DNA of 21,753 nucleotides from a virus (taxonomy: Duplodnaviria; Heunggongvirae; Uroviricota; Caudoviricetes), in IMG/VR virus record IMGVR_UViG_2526164691_000017, positions 1 to 21,753 of that record; one strand, written 5' to 3'. Position 1 is the first letter of the stretch. Each line of letters begins with the position of its first letter. The notes beneath the pieces are model-generated. The model made no database searches. It was not told the origin of the DNA and worked only from the letters and a program-made list of their open reading frames with translations. The position numbers and the translations under genes were made by a program. Shown piece by piece: positions 10,250 through 18,961 of the stretch.

Positions 10250-11002
10250 TTATCTCGTCACCTTCCTCAATTGCGCTTCCGCGTATGCTTCTTCCTGCCA
10301 GCACTTTGTTACCAGTTTACCAATGACGTCCGCATACCCCTTATACCACTGATAATCGGTCAGGTCTGGTACCAGCTTCTGGACATGACGTCGTGCCAGC
10401 GTGGTCGGTAAACGACTAAACCGGTTTCCATTACAACGCCCACAAATCTTATATACCGGTACGCCATGAAACCGGGTTCTTTTTTCATCCAGAACAATCC
10501 CTTTACCCTTACACCCTCTGCACGCTGTGCTGACTTCGCCCTTACCATGGCAATGCTGACATAGTTCCTTCACCCATTCTTCCTTGATTACAGATTCCCC
10601 GCGTCTGTAGTGTTTCACCACTTCGCGCAATACATTATAAAATCCCGTACCTGAACAATGCTCACAGCGAGCCTTACTTGCCGCAGACCTGGAGTAATCA
10701 GCAAAGGCAAAATTCACGAGGTAAGGAATAATCTGTAACCGGATTTCTTCACTCAATTTGTTCAATGTCGGGTTATCCAGTGCCATCGCGTAATTTAGCA
10801 GGCCTTCAATCGCAAACTGAGCGTCCTGAACACCAACTTTTGCCAGAAATAAGGCCAACCCAAGTGGTGCTTTCGACTGCACCATCCCCTGCGCTGCCAT
10901 TACATCCGTAATTGTTAAACAACCGGTGCCTGTCGCTGGAGCGTCATCGCTCAATTTTGGAGATTTTGGGGAGTAATATTTTGGTAAGGCTTCAAGGTTC
11001 AT
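10250..11002 (-). CDS. quuQ: Late-gene antiterminator Q-like protein (250 aa from internal Met)
   Basis: ORF 10250..11032; starting at [10 protein letters not shown] gives 250 aa, the K-12 QuuQ length; several CxxC zinc-binding pairs; position upstream of the lysis cassette. Confidence 0.75.
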   Translation of the reverse strand: MNLEALPKYYSPKSPKLSDDAPATGTGCLTITDVMAAQGMVQSKAPLGLALFLAKVGVQDAQFAIEGLLNYAMALDNPTLNKLSEEIRLQIIPYLVNFAFADYSRSAASKARCEHCSGTGFYNVLREVVKHYRRGESVIKEEWVKELCQHCHGKGEVSTACRGCKGKGIVLDEKRTRFHGVPVYKICGRCNGNRFSRLPTTLARRHVQKLVPDLTDYQWYKGYADVIGKLVTKCWQEEAYAEAQLRKVTR

Positions 11003-11015
11003 GCTCGTTCTCCAC

Positions 11016-12065
11016 TTACGCCAGTACGCCAATTGCCAGCGCGCGATCGATAAAACGAAATATCAGCTCCAGTTGGGAGCCATACTTCTCTTCAAATGCC
11101 ACTGTATCCGTATGCAGCTCGTTGTGATGCTTTCTGCACAAAGGCAACACAAAGAGATCATGTGCTTTTGTTCCCATTCCGCCCTGCCCGTGACCAATCA
11201 GATGATGCGGATCGTCGGCTGGCATACCGCAGCAAGCACACGGCTGTGTCTTAACCCAACGTGTGTATTTCTCCTTAACCCAGCGGCGACGTTTAGGCAG
11301 CTTCATGAAAGATTCCGGAGACTCTGGATCAACGGTGATGCTTACCACCGCCTTTTCCTGTGGTGTTTTTTGTTGCTGGTGGGCGTAAGGCAACGGTGCA
11401 AGATTTTTTGTGCGTTGTTTCAATATGCTGGTGGCGGTCTGCTCTCCCGGTACGATGTCGCTTTCGCGGTACACCGAGCAGATTTTTTCCGCTGGTAATC
11501 CCAGCGAACGACGCGATACAGCCTCAGGTAGTGCATCCACCACCTGATTGCAGACCGCCCACCAGGATAATTCAGCCAAAGATAATTCCCGCTCCTGCGT
11601 ACCGCTTATTGCGTGACGGATGACGTCAATCACCCATGCTGTCAGATTTTGTTGAGCAAGCAGCTCCAGTGATTCCGATGTCTGGTCACGCAGTTGGTTG
11701 TCGCAGTGCCAACACAACACCATTGCGCCGGTACCATAACGGTGAATGACTGTTTCAGAGTGATGGTAATCGCCATTAGGCCACTGGCAGGATGTAACAT
11801 GACGTAATAGCCAGTCAGACAATGCGCCAACACCGCCAGCAGCACGAATCACCCGTTCGTTACTAAAAAACGGCAGCAATGTTTTGTCTTCCGCCAGCGA
11901 CTGGCGAACGGCAGGAACGACTCCGGATGGCAGATTACGCATGCTTTTTGGTTCCGGTTCCACCAGCACTCGAGGATTATGAAATATCTGTATGGATTCA
12001 CGGCCCGGCTTAAGGACCACCAGCCCAAGCTCAGGCACCAGAACAGGTCTAAGTAATACCCGCAC
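11016..12065 (-). CDS. ydfU: YdfU-like protein (DUF968-type, Cys/His-rich C-terminus), 349 aa from a GTG start
   Basis: ORF 11016..12104; GGAGG-TAAC-GTG at 12065 gives 349 aa, the K-12 YdfU length; C-terminal CACCGMPADDPHHLIGHG...CRKHHNELH motif. Confidence 0.7.
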   Translation of the reverse strand: MRVLLRPVLVPELGLVVLKPGRESIQIFHNPRVLVEPEPKSMRNLPSGVVPAVRQSLAEDKTLLPFFSNERVIRAAGGVGALSDWLLRHVTSCQWPNGDYHHSETVIHRYGTGAMVLCWHCDNQLRDQTSESLELLAQQNLTAWVIDVIRHAISGTQERELSLAELSWWAVCNQVVDALPEAVSRRSLGLPAEKICSVYRESDIVPGEQTATSILKQRTKNLAPLPYAHQQQKTPQEKAVVSITVDPESPESFMKLPKRRRWVKEKYTRWVKTQPCACCGMPADDPHHLIGHGQGGMGTKAHDLFVLPLCRKHHNELHTDTVAFEEKYGSQLELIFRFIDRALAIGVLA

Positions 12066-12066
12066 G

Positions 12067-12345
12067 TTACCTCCAGATCCGTTGCTGGAAAGTGCGGGAC
12101 GCACGTGGTGGGCGTTCGGAGTAAGGCAATCTGACTGAGATTATCCAGTGACGGTAGTCGAGGCTAAGGGCTTTCTTAACCTCGTATCCGCGCCTGCGGT
12201 AACACTGAATTATCCATTCAGCCTGCTCTTCAGTGCATGGAGGGTGTTGGAACCATTCAGACTTGAATGCGTGAGAATACCGCTCGTGCGTGCAGACAAG
12301 AACGGGCGAATTATCAGAATTGTAATATTTTACGTTGCGTGCCAT
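12067..12345 (-). CDS. Hypothetical 92-aa protein, translationally coupled to ydfU
   Basis: ORF track; its stop codon overlaps the ydfU RBS; Cys/His-containing. Either this ORF or 12412..12663 may correspond to K-12 rem; I cannot say which. Confidence 0.45.
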   Translation of the reverse strand: MARNVKYYNSDNSPVLVCTHERYSHAFKSEWFQHPPCTEEQAEWIIQCYRRRGYEVKKALSLDYRHWIISVRLPYSERPPRASRTFQQRIWR

Positions 12346-12411
12346 CGGTTTTCTCCGGTGGCACGGTGTTACTCAGCGGGAGTTCAGCCCCGCGCAAGAT
12401 TGTAGATGAGT

Positions 12412-12663
12412 TTATTCTTCTGCAAAAGCTGAAAAGCCTGCTTTTATTCCGATCTCTTTCAGTGCCTGTAATGAAGTGACAAACTCACCTTCGCGCAAGA
12501 TAAATCCGTCTGTCACTCGACCATCCACAAAATTAATTAACGCAGCCCCATTCTTTCGCAAACACATAATGCGGTAATGACTAACAAAATTTCCATTTTC
12601 AACGCACACAGCATAGAGGCCATCTTCACAAAAAATTTTACGCAGTTCTTCGATGTTCATCAT
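12412..12663 (-). CDS. Hypothetical 83-aa protein (possibly the rem equivalent)
   Basis: ORF track; 83 aa equals the annotated length of K-12 Rem and it sits between ydfU and hokD, but I do not remember the Rem sequence. Confidence 0.45.
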   Translation of the reverse strand: MMNIEELRKIFCEDGLYAVCVENGNFVSHYRIMCLRKNGAALINFVDGRVTDGFILREGEFVTSLQALKEIGIKAGFSAFAEE

Positions 12664-12780
12664 CAGAATCCTTCCGGATAATTAGCTCTCCCCTTTAAGG
12701 GACCATCCCTCTTATCCCTGCGCGCTACTTAAGTATTTTTGATTCTATTCCGGCACCGTCCAGAACTTCAAACGCGTTGA

Positions 12781-12811
12781 AAATAAAAACAAAAACCCGC
12801 CGAAGCGGGTT
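12781..12811 (-). terminator. Rho-independent terminator downstream of hokD
   Basis: AACCCGC-CGAA-GCGGGTT hairpin followed on the minus strand by TTTTTGTTTTTATTT. Confidence 0.65.
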
Positions 12812-12879
12812 AAGTGCGGGTGCGTTGAGGATGCCTGCCACATCAGAGGTGGCGAGGGATTTCTCCCTCGCCGGGTTTC

Positions 12880-13035
12880 TTACTCCTCAGGTTCGTAAGC
12901 TGTGAAGACAGCGACCTCCGTCTGGCCGGTTCGGATTCGTACCTCGCAGAGGTCTTTCCTCGTTACCAGTGCCGTCACTATGACGGTTAAACAGATGACG
13001 ATCAGGGCGATTAACATCGCCTTTTGCTGCTTCAT
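12880..13035 (-). CDS. hokD: Hok-family type I toxin (51 aa)
   Basis: From the internal Met of ORF 12880..13092: MKQQKAMLIALIVICLTVIVTALVTRKDLCEVRIRTGQTEVAVFTAYEPEE, a single-TM Hok/Gef peptide matching K-12 HokD as remembered; AAGGAG RBS upstream. Confidence 0.8.
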   Translation of the reverse strand: MKQQKAMLIALIVICLTVIVTALVTRKDLCEVRIRTGQTEVAVFTAYEPEE

Positions 13036-13758
13036 AGCCTGCTTCTCCTTGCCTTTCGGCACGTAAGAGGCTAACCTACATATGTCTAGCATGAAATTGG
13101 CCTCAGATTAATGTTAAGCGTCTTGCAGGACGCGTAATGTTAACTGGGGCTTTTCTCTATCTGCCGTTGGTGTTCATGCCCGAGGCAGATAGCCTCAAGC
13201 ACCCGCAGCCATTCTACTTAACTACCGTTACCTCGCCAATGTGAAATCAGTCAGAAAGGCGATCCATAAGAACAATAGCAAGACAATAAATCGCCATTAC
13301 AGCCGTAATAGCCAGCGCACATTTGAGAACCAGCACCACAACCTCCTGTATTGGACGTAGACCAGTCCTGATGAATATGAGGCTGTCTCGTCAGTGATTC
13401 AATACAACTATTGGGTATAGTTTCTCTGATTTTTTCTGTGGAAATGGGGCACAACCACTAGTCACCACCAGCACTTCTTTTAATACGCAAAGTCCGACAC
13501 AAGCTAACCTTCTAGTCCGCTTTGAGCGAAAAACAGCCATAATTTAGTGCCACGTATATAATGATAGAGCTATTCAAGCTAGCAATTCACATGTAAAAAT
13601 TCAGAGGGTAGATGCACATAGTTATAAATGTTGGCTCCATCGACAAATTGCGGTCTCAAGTACATTTTAGACTGGCCCCCTGAATCTCCAGACAACCAGT
13701 ATCACTTAAATAAGTGATAGTCTTAATACTAGTTTTTAGACTAGTCATTGGAGAACAG

Positions 13759-14124
13759 ATGATTGATGTCTTAGGGCCGGAGAAACGCAGACGGCGTACC
13801 ACACAGGAAAAGATCGCAATTGTTCAGCAGAGCTTTGAACCGGGGATGACGGTCTCCCTCGTTGCCCGGCAACATGGTGTAGCAGCCAGCCAGTTATTTC
13901 TCTGGCGTAAGCAATACCAGGAAGGAAGTCTTACCGCTGTCGCCGCCGGAGAACAGGTTGTTCCTGCCTCTGAACTTGCTGCCGCCATGAAGCAGATTAA
14001 AGAACTCCAGCGCCTGCTCGGCAAGAAAACGATGGAAAATGAACTCCTCAAAGAAGCCGTTGAATATGGACGGGCAAAAAAGTGGATAGCGCACGCGCCC
14101 TTATTGCCCGGGGATGGGGAGTAA
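13759..14124 (+). CDS. insC: IS2 transposase OrfA (InsC), 121 aa
   Basis: [56 protein letters not shown]: HTH plus leucine-zipper OrfA; A6G slippery heptamer (GGGCAAAAAAGTGG near 14068-14081) for the -1 frameshift into insD. Confidence 0.9.
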
Positions 14125-14987
14125 GCTTAGTCAGCCGTTGTCTCCGGGTGTCGCGTGCGCAGTTGCACGTCATTCTCAGACGAACCGATGACTGGATGGA
14201 TAGCCGCCGCAGTCGTCACACTGATGATACGGATGTGCTTCTCCGTATACACCATGTTATCGGAGAGCTGCCCACGTATGGTTATCGTCGGGTATGGGCG
14301 CTGCTTCGCAGACAGGCAGAACTTGATGGTATGCCTGCGATCAATGCCAAACGTGTTTACCGGATCATGCGCCAGAATGCGCTGTTGCTTGAGCGAAAAC
14401 CTGCTGTACCGCCATCGAAACGGGCACATACAGGCAGAGTGGCCGTGAAAGAAAGCAATCAGCGATGGTGCTCTGACGGGTTCGAGTTCTGCTGTGATAA
14501 CGGAGAGAGACTGCGTGTCACGTTCGCGCTGGACTGCTGTGATCGTGAGGCACTGCACTGGGCGGTGACTACCGGCGGTTTCAACAGTGAAACAGTACAG
14601 GACGTCATGCTGGGAGCGGTGGAACGCCGCTTCGGCAACGATCTTCCGTCGTCTCCAGTGGAGTGGCTGACGGATAATGGTTCATGCTACCGGGCTAATG
14701 AAACACGCCAGTTCGCCCGGATGTTGGGACTTGAACCGAAGAACACGGCGGTGCGGAGTCCGGAGAGTAACGGAATAGCAGAGAGCTTCGTGAAAACGAT
14801 AAAGCGTGACTACATCAGTATCATGCCCAAACCAGACGGGTTAACGGCAGCAAAGAACCTTGCAGAGGCGTTCGAGCATTATAACGAATGGCATCCGCAT
14901 AGTGCGCTGGGTTATCGCTCGCCACGGGAATATCTGCGGCAGCGGGCTTGTAATGGGTTAAGTGATAACAGATGTCTGGAAATATAG
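14082..14987 (+). CDS. insD: IS2 transposase OrfB (InsD), DDE catalytic domain, 301 aa
   Basis: ORF track; overlaps insC in the -1 frame; IS3-family integrase-core protein with the DDE triad (the final Glu in the [10 protein letters not shown] segment). Confidence 0.9.
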
Positions 14988-15045
14988 GGGCAAATCCACA
15001 TTTATTAATGTTGCCCCCGCATTAACAAATCATCAAGGTGACGAC

Positions 15046-16833
15046 ATGGACGATATTAATATCAGCCTCGACGAACTTAACACTATTGATTTATCCCCCT
15101 TAATCCAGAGTAAGCTGCCAGTTACCTGCTTTGATATCACAAAGTATCTTTCTAGCCTAGGTGATGGAAGAGCGGAGATAAGACTGCTAACCCATATTTG
15201 CGGTTTTCACTTTCGTCCCGAAAATCCACAGGTACCATTTGGTCCGTGCTTTCAAAGCAGCCAAGGTAGATCTGCAATTCCGGATGACATTAACGGGTTG
15301 TCGCTGGAGGTACTTTCTCAATTTTGCCCGACGATAGAGCTACCCGAACTTCAAGCTCGTATTGCTGATACACTTTGGGTTCGTAAAATTGGTGGAATCC
15401 GTTTTCCTTTGCTGGCAGTCCGTGCTTATTATGCGTCCAGTATAGCTATTATGACATCGCAAGGGACGTGGGTTAGTGCTTTAGAACGCCTAGAGCGTGC
15501 GCTTAGGCTGTGTTGTTTTTTTCGAAAGCATACTGATTTCAGGGATGAATTTGATCAGCTTTCGGCACATCTACTAGCAGAGTATGAACGTACCAGAGAA
15601 CAAGGCGATTCACCTTATCCGCTGCGACTCCTGCAACTCGATATCGACTGTAAAGTGAGTGAGCCATCTTTTATTGCCCAGGAACTCCTGTTTCTGACAA
15701 AAAACTATCTGGCTCAAAAATTATTTTCATTTGCCGTCGATGCCTGTAAAACCGCAATCCCGATTGCGAATAGGTGCTGTGACAGAGATACACAGTTTGA
15801 ATTCTGGCGGCTTCTTGCCGATACACATCTGGAAGAGTCAAAATTCCAAGATGGCGGTATGATTTCGGCAGCCTGCATGCAGAATGCTATTGAAGCACTG
15901 GCTAATATTCCAGGAACCCGAATAGAACGTCTTGCGCTGTATGAAGAAATGCGTGATTACCAAATCGAATCCCGTCACCAGATGTCTATCCTTCAGTCTC
16001 CCCCTCAAGATATTAGTGAGATTGTCCATCAAGCCAAGAGTCGGGTAGTCGGAAGAGATTTGTTTGATATGGTTTTCAGACTTGCGATGCTGGTCTGTCG
16101 GCCAACCAGCATTGAGAGACTTAAGGCTCAAGCAATAGAACAAAAGGCCAACAGCATAGCTTGGATGTTTGGATCAACACATATTGATCATGAGGGAATG
16201 ACACTTGCTCGCATACCCGCAGGATTGGGGATTGATGATGCAAATGGGGCAGTTATTTGGCCCATAATGATGACGAGAATGCGTATCGACCATGAGTTGG
16301 CAGTAGCTGGGCAAATTATTCCTGCTACAGATGAGATCACAATGAAATATCCAATCTCGGAGGCGTTTTTTCGCGATATGTTCATCAATCATCCCTTCAT
16401 CCCGTTTGGGCATGAAGAGTTTTTCATCAAGGGTATGGTTTGCGGTTTCAATGGAGATTTTATGACGGCATGCCACGTGTTGATTCCCCAGATCGAAAAT
16501 AGTCTGAGATATGTGGCTAAAATTAAAGGTGAGGAACCATCGCAGCTTCACGGGGACGGTTCGCAAGAGCGAAATGGACTCAAGGGATTACTAGATAATC
16601 CACTGATTATTGAAGCTTTCGGCGTAGACATAATTGGCAATCTTCAGGCCTTACTGGTAGATAAAATCTATGGTGATTTACGAAATCAACTAGCTCACGG
16701 ATATGTGCCTGCCGGTTACTACAATCAACCTCCCTGCATTTTTGCATGGTGGCTTGTATTGCACATTCTAATGAACCCTACGGCGAGATACTGGCAAGCC
16801 ACTTATGGCCAAGAGAGTGAGGCTCAGACTTAA
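15046..16833 (+). CDS. Large uncharacterised cargo protein (595 aa) with C-terminal HEPN-like R-x4-H motif; candidate defence/abortive-infection effector
   Basis: ATG at 15046 preceded by AAGGTGA RBS (the ORF-track start at 14962 lies inside IS2 and is an artefact). RNQLAHG encoded at 16681-16701. Plus-strand gene convergent with the minus-strand early operon; GC content appears below the flanking genes by eye. No K-12 Qin counterpart recalled here. Confidence 0.7.
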   Translation: MDDINISLDELNTIDLSPLIQSKLPVTCFDITKYLSSLGDGRAEIRLLTHICGFHFRPENPQVPFGPCFQSSQGRSAIPDDINGLSLEVLSQFCPTIELPELQARIADTLWVRKIGGIRFPLLAVRAYYASSIAIMTSQGTWVSALERLERALRLCCFFRKHTDFRDEFDQLSAHLLAEYERTREQGDSPYPLRLLQLDIDCKVSEPSFIAQELLFLTKNYLAQKLFSFAVDACKTAIPIANRCCDRDTQFEFWRLLADTHLEESKFQDGGMISAACMQNAIEALANIPGTRIERLALYEEMRDYQIESRHQMSILQSPPQDISEIVHQAKSRVVGRDLFDMVFRLAMLVCRPTSIERLKAQAIEQKANSIAWMFGSTHIDHEGMTLARIPAGLGIDDANGAVIWPIMMTRMRIDHELAVAGQIIPATDEITMKYPISEAFFRDMFINHPFIPFGHEEFFIKGMVCGFNGDFMTACHVLIPQIENSLRYVAKIKGEEPSQLHGDGSQERNGLKGLLDNPLIIEAFGVDIIGNLQALLVDKIYGDLRNQLAHGYVPAGYYNQPPCIFAWWLVLHILMNPTARYWQATYGQESEAQT

Positions 16834-17051
16834 AGTGAATAAGTTTACGAAGTTGGCACTTCCGGATGCATGTCCATATGAGTTGAGGCGATTTGGTTAA
16901 TAAGGTTGAGTGCTGCTGAAATTATTCGATGTCCGCTTTTGGCACAAAGCGGACAACCACGCCAGATCTACCCTGTGCCATGAAAAATGAGAATGTCAAT
17001 TCACTCCTGAACTAATGCTTTTTAATCTAGTAACGTCTAAAATACCTAACA

Positions 17052-17453
17052 TTATCCCTGATAAAATGCCAGTATGCGCTGCATAACTTCACTCATCCGG
17101 CACTCGCGACAGATTATGTTTAGGCGACTGTCGTAGCGACGTATTTCTCCATCAGGTAACGACCAGATAAGGTCCGGATCAACCACAGCTGTTTTCTTCA
17201 CCTTTGCCCTCGAGAGTTTTTTGCGGGCGTTTTGCCAGTCCTTACGCGCCTGTTCAGACGGGAATAACCCGTAGCCGGAGTTGTATACATCGCCACTGGC
17301 TACCAGCTCTCTGGCAAGAACGCTCATCAGATATCTAGTCGCACCTGTTTTAGCTTCCAGTTGCCGTAACGTCTCACGACCGCTCTGGCGCACGAGTTCC
17401 ACCACCTGCCCTTTAATTTTTTCCCGCTCTTCTTGTGTAAAAACTTTTGCCAC
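17052..17453 (-). CDS. Hypothetical 133-aa protein, last gene of the leftward early operon
   Basis: ORF track; possible HTH-like segment (TLRQLEAKTGATRYLMSVLAREL); basic C-terminal half. Not recognised. Confidence 0.45.
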   Translation of the reverse strand: MAKVFTQEEREKIKGQVVELVRQSGRETLRQLEAKTGATRYLMSVLARELVASGDVYNSGYGLFPSEQARKDWQNARKKLSRAKVKKTAVVDPDLIWSLPDGEIRRYDSRLNIICRECRMSEVMQRILAFYQG

Positions 17454-17493
17454 AAGTCCCCCTTAAAATTACCTCATGACCTGAAATCAAAAC

Positions 17494-18513
17494 TTATCCT
17501 CTGAAACCAGGCGGAATTTCTGTATTCGGTTCAGAAATATGATTAACACAACGCTGTACAGGTGAACGCCCCAGGCGGATGACCAGTTCGTCCCATTTTT
17601 CGCGGAGCTTTGACGGGCTCATGATGTTTTTTACCCAGAATGGATCCCGCTGTACCCGACCAAACATTTCACAAATTTGTCTGTGGCTTCTGCCATCCAG
17701 CATCCGCATTGTGCGCACATCATTGGCCCAGACAGTCCAGTTAGGCTCTTTTGGTCGCATGATCTCGCCATCATCACTGGCGGCCTGTTCGTAGAGACCC
17801 ACGATCCGCCCCCATATCCACTGCGCACACGCCAGATCCTCCTGGCTACCCCACTGGCGTTTTTTCGCACTAAACACAACTGCGCCAGGGTGCCGGATTA
17901 AAAAATCCTGTTCAGCCGTCTGCGGGTCCGGTTGCGAAGCTTCCGGACGAAAAGTGTTTTTATTCTCTGTAGTAATCTCTGTTGTATTCTCTGTAGGATC
18001 ATCGGGCCATTTTGACCCGATGACATTGGGTCGTTTTGAACCAATGGAGCGTTTCATTTTGACCTCTTCCATCGTGTCATTTTGACCTGATGGAGCGGCG
18101 CATTTTGAACCGATGGATTCGCTCAATTTGCCATCATCTAAAAGCTCGCTCCCATAGTTAATCGTGTAGAAATTGGTCATATCGCGCTTTGATTTATTGA
18201 GCTTTTCACAACGCAAAAGCCCCAGCGTTTTCAGACTTGCAAACGCGCGCTTTAACGTTGACTCTGACCAGAATGGGAACTGTTCCAGCCATTGTTCCGT
18301 TGTGTTGTAAATCCAGCGAACACCATCACATTCCATGCCGGAATTGGTATCTCTCAACCAGTAATGCAACTGCTGCAACACAATGGCTTCATTTAAGCCA
18401 ATCTTCATCGCAAGCTGTGTGTTTATAACCAGTGGGCGTTCAGCAAAAAGAAGGCTCATAATTCCATCCAGCTTTTTGTTGGTATTGCTGTCGATACGCA
18501 AGTTTGAAAGCAA
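17494..18513 (-). CDS. Putative phage replication protein (339 aa; start codon uncertain)
   Basis: Large early-operon gene downstream of the Cro-like and YdaT-like genes; N-terminal region resembles the winged-helix domain of O/DnaD-type initiators (WSESTLKRAFASLKTLGLL); the ORF start overlaps the upstream gene by 74 nt, so an internal start is possible. Confidence 0.5.
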   Translation of the reverse strand: MLSNLRIDSNTNKKLDGIMSLLFAERPLVINTQLAMKIGLNEAIVLQQLHYWLRDTNSGMECDGVRWIYNTTEQWLEQFPFWSESTLKRAFASLKTLGLLRCEKLNKSKRDMTNFYTINYGSELLDDGKLSESIGSKCAAPSGQNDTMEEVKMKRSIGSKRPNVIGSKWPDDPTENTTEITTENKNTFRPEASQPDPQTAEQDFLIRHPGAVVFSAKKRQWGSQEDLACAQWIWGRIVGLYEQAASDDGEIMRPKEPNWTVWANDVRTMRMLDGRSHRQICEMFGRVQRDPFWVKNIMSPSKLREKWDELVIRLGRSPVQRCVNHISEPNTEIPPGFRG

Positions 18514-18961
18514 TTGCTTTTTCTATAAGTTCGTCAGTTTCACGATCCACTACGGCAGGATCAGCAAAAAGCAGTCCGGACTCCACCACATCGCCATATT
18601 CTTTGTTTAACCCGGCGATCATGTACGTGATGCTTTTTCCGTCACTAATTTCACGATACAACCTGAAATCATTAATCCGGATAGCCTCCATAATTGCAGG
18701 CACTAGCGCCGTGAACTTTTCACGCTTATCCCTGGTGTCGATAGCCTTCCAGCGTTCGAATATCTTCACTCGATTAACGCCAAGCGCTCGCTGATCAACC
18801 GCGCCACCTTCATCTGTGACACGCTGAACATCGATGTTCGGGCGCTCTTTCAAAGCCCAGAATGCTTCAGTGATTAATATCGTCGCCTGCTCCTGTGTCA
18901 TTCCTGGTCGACATATCCAGGCATCCAGAGCCTCACGAGCCTGTTCAGGAGTGATTTTCAT
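18440..18961 (-). CDS. YdaT-like protein (173 aa), possible CII-type regulator analogue
   Basis: Sits immediately downstream of the Cro-like dicC, as ydaT follows ydaS in Rac-type prophages; similar size. Sequence similarity is only a weak impression. Confidence 0.4.
   Translation of the reverse strand: MKITPEQAREALDAWICRPGMTQEQATILITEAFWALKERPNIDVQRVTDEGGAVDQRALGVNRVKIFERWKAIDTRDKREKFTALVPAIMEAIRINDFRLYREISDGKSITYMIAGLNKEYGDVVESGLLFADPAVVDRETDELIEKAIAFKLAYRQQYQQKAGWNYEPSFC

Larger units (their letters stand above)
13668..14998 (+). mobile_element. Complete IS2 (IS3 family, 1331 bp) with 5-bp target-site duplication CATTT
   Basis: Left end TAGACTGGCCCCCTGAATCTCCAGACAACC and right end GGGGCAAATCCA; imperfect terminal inverted repeats; insC/insD inside; CATTT at 13663-13667 and 14999-15003. 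Confidence 0.9.

Noticed and set aside
10022-10411. 129-aa plus-strand ORF
   Set aside because: Its first ~20 codons are the C-terminal remnant of cspF; the rest is read-through with no stop, antisense to quuQ. Not an independent gene.
11001-11623. 165-aa and 87-aa plus-strand ORFs
   Set aside because: Antisense to ydfU with no RBS or homology signal; likely chance ORFs.
13251-13454. 67-aa minus-strand Cys/Gly-rich ORF between hokD and IS2
   Set aside because: No RBS, unusual composition, and it lies in the region more plausibly acting as hok leader or regulatory RNA; I also looked for relE/relB-like ORFs here and found none.
14127-14558. 143-aa minus-strand ORF and 97-aa plus-strand ORF (14155..14448) inside IS2
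   Set aside because: Both are out of frame with or antisense to insD within a well-characterised insertion sequence; treated as chance ORFs.
14962-15045. N-terminal extension of the 623-aa ORF ([28 protein letters not shown]) starting inside IS2
   Set aside because: The extension crosses the IS2 right end and target duplication; the ATG at 15046 has a proper AAGGTGA RBS, so the extension is an artefact of the IS junction.
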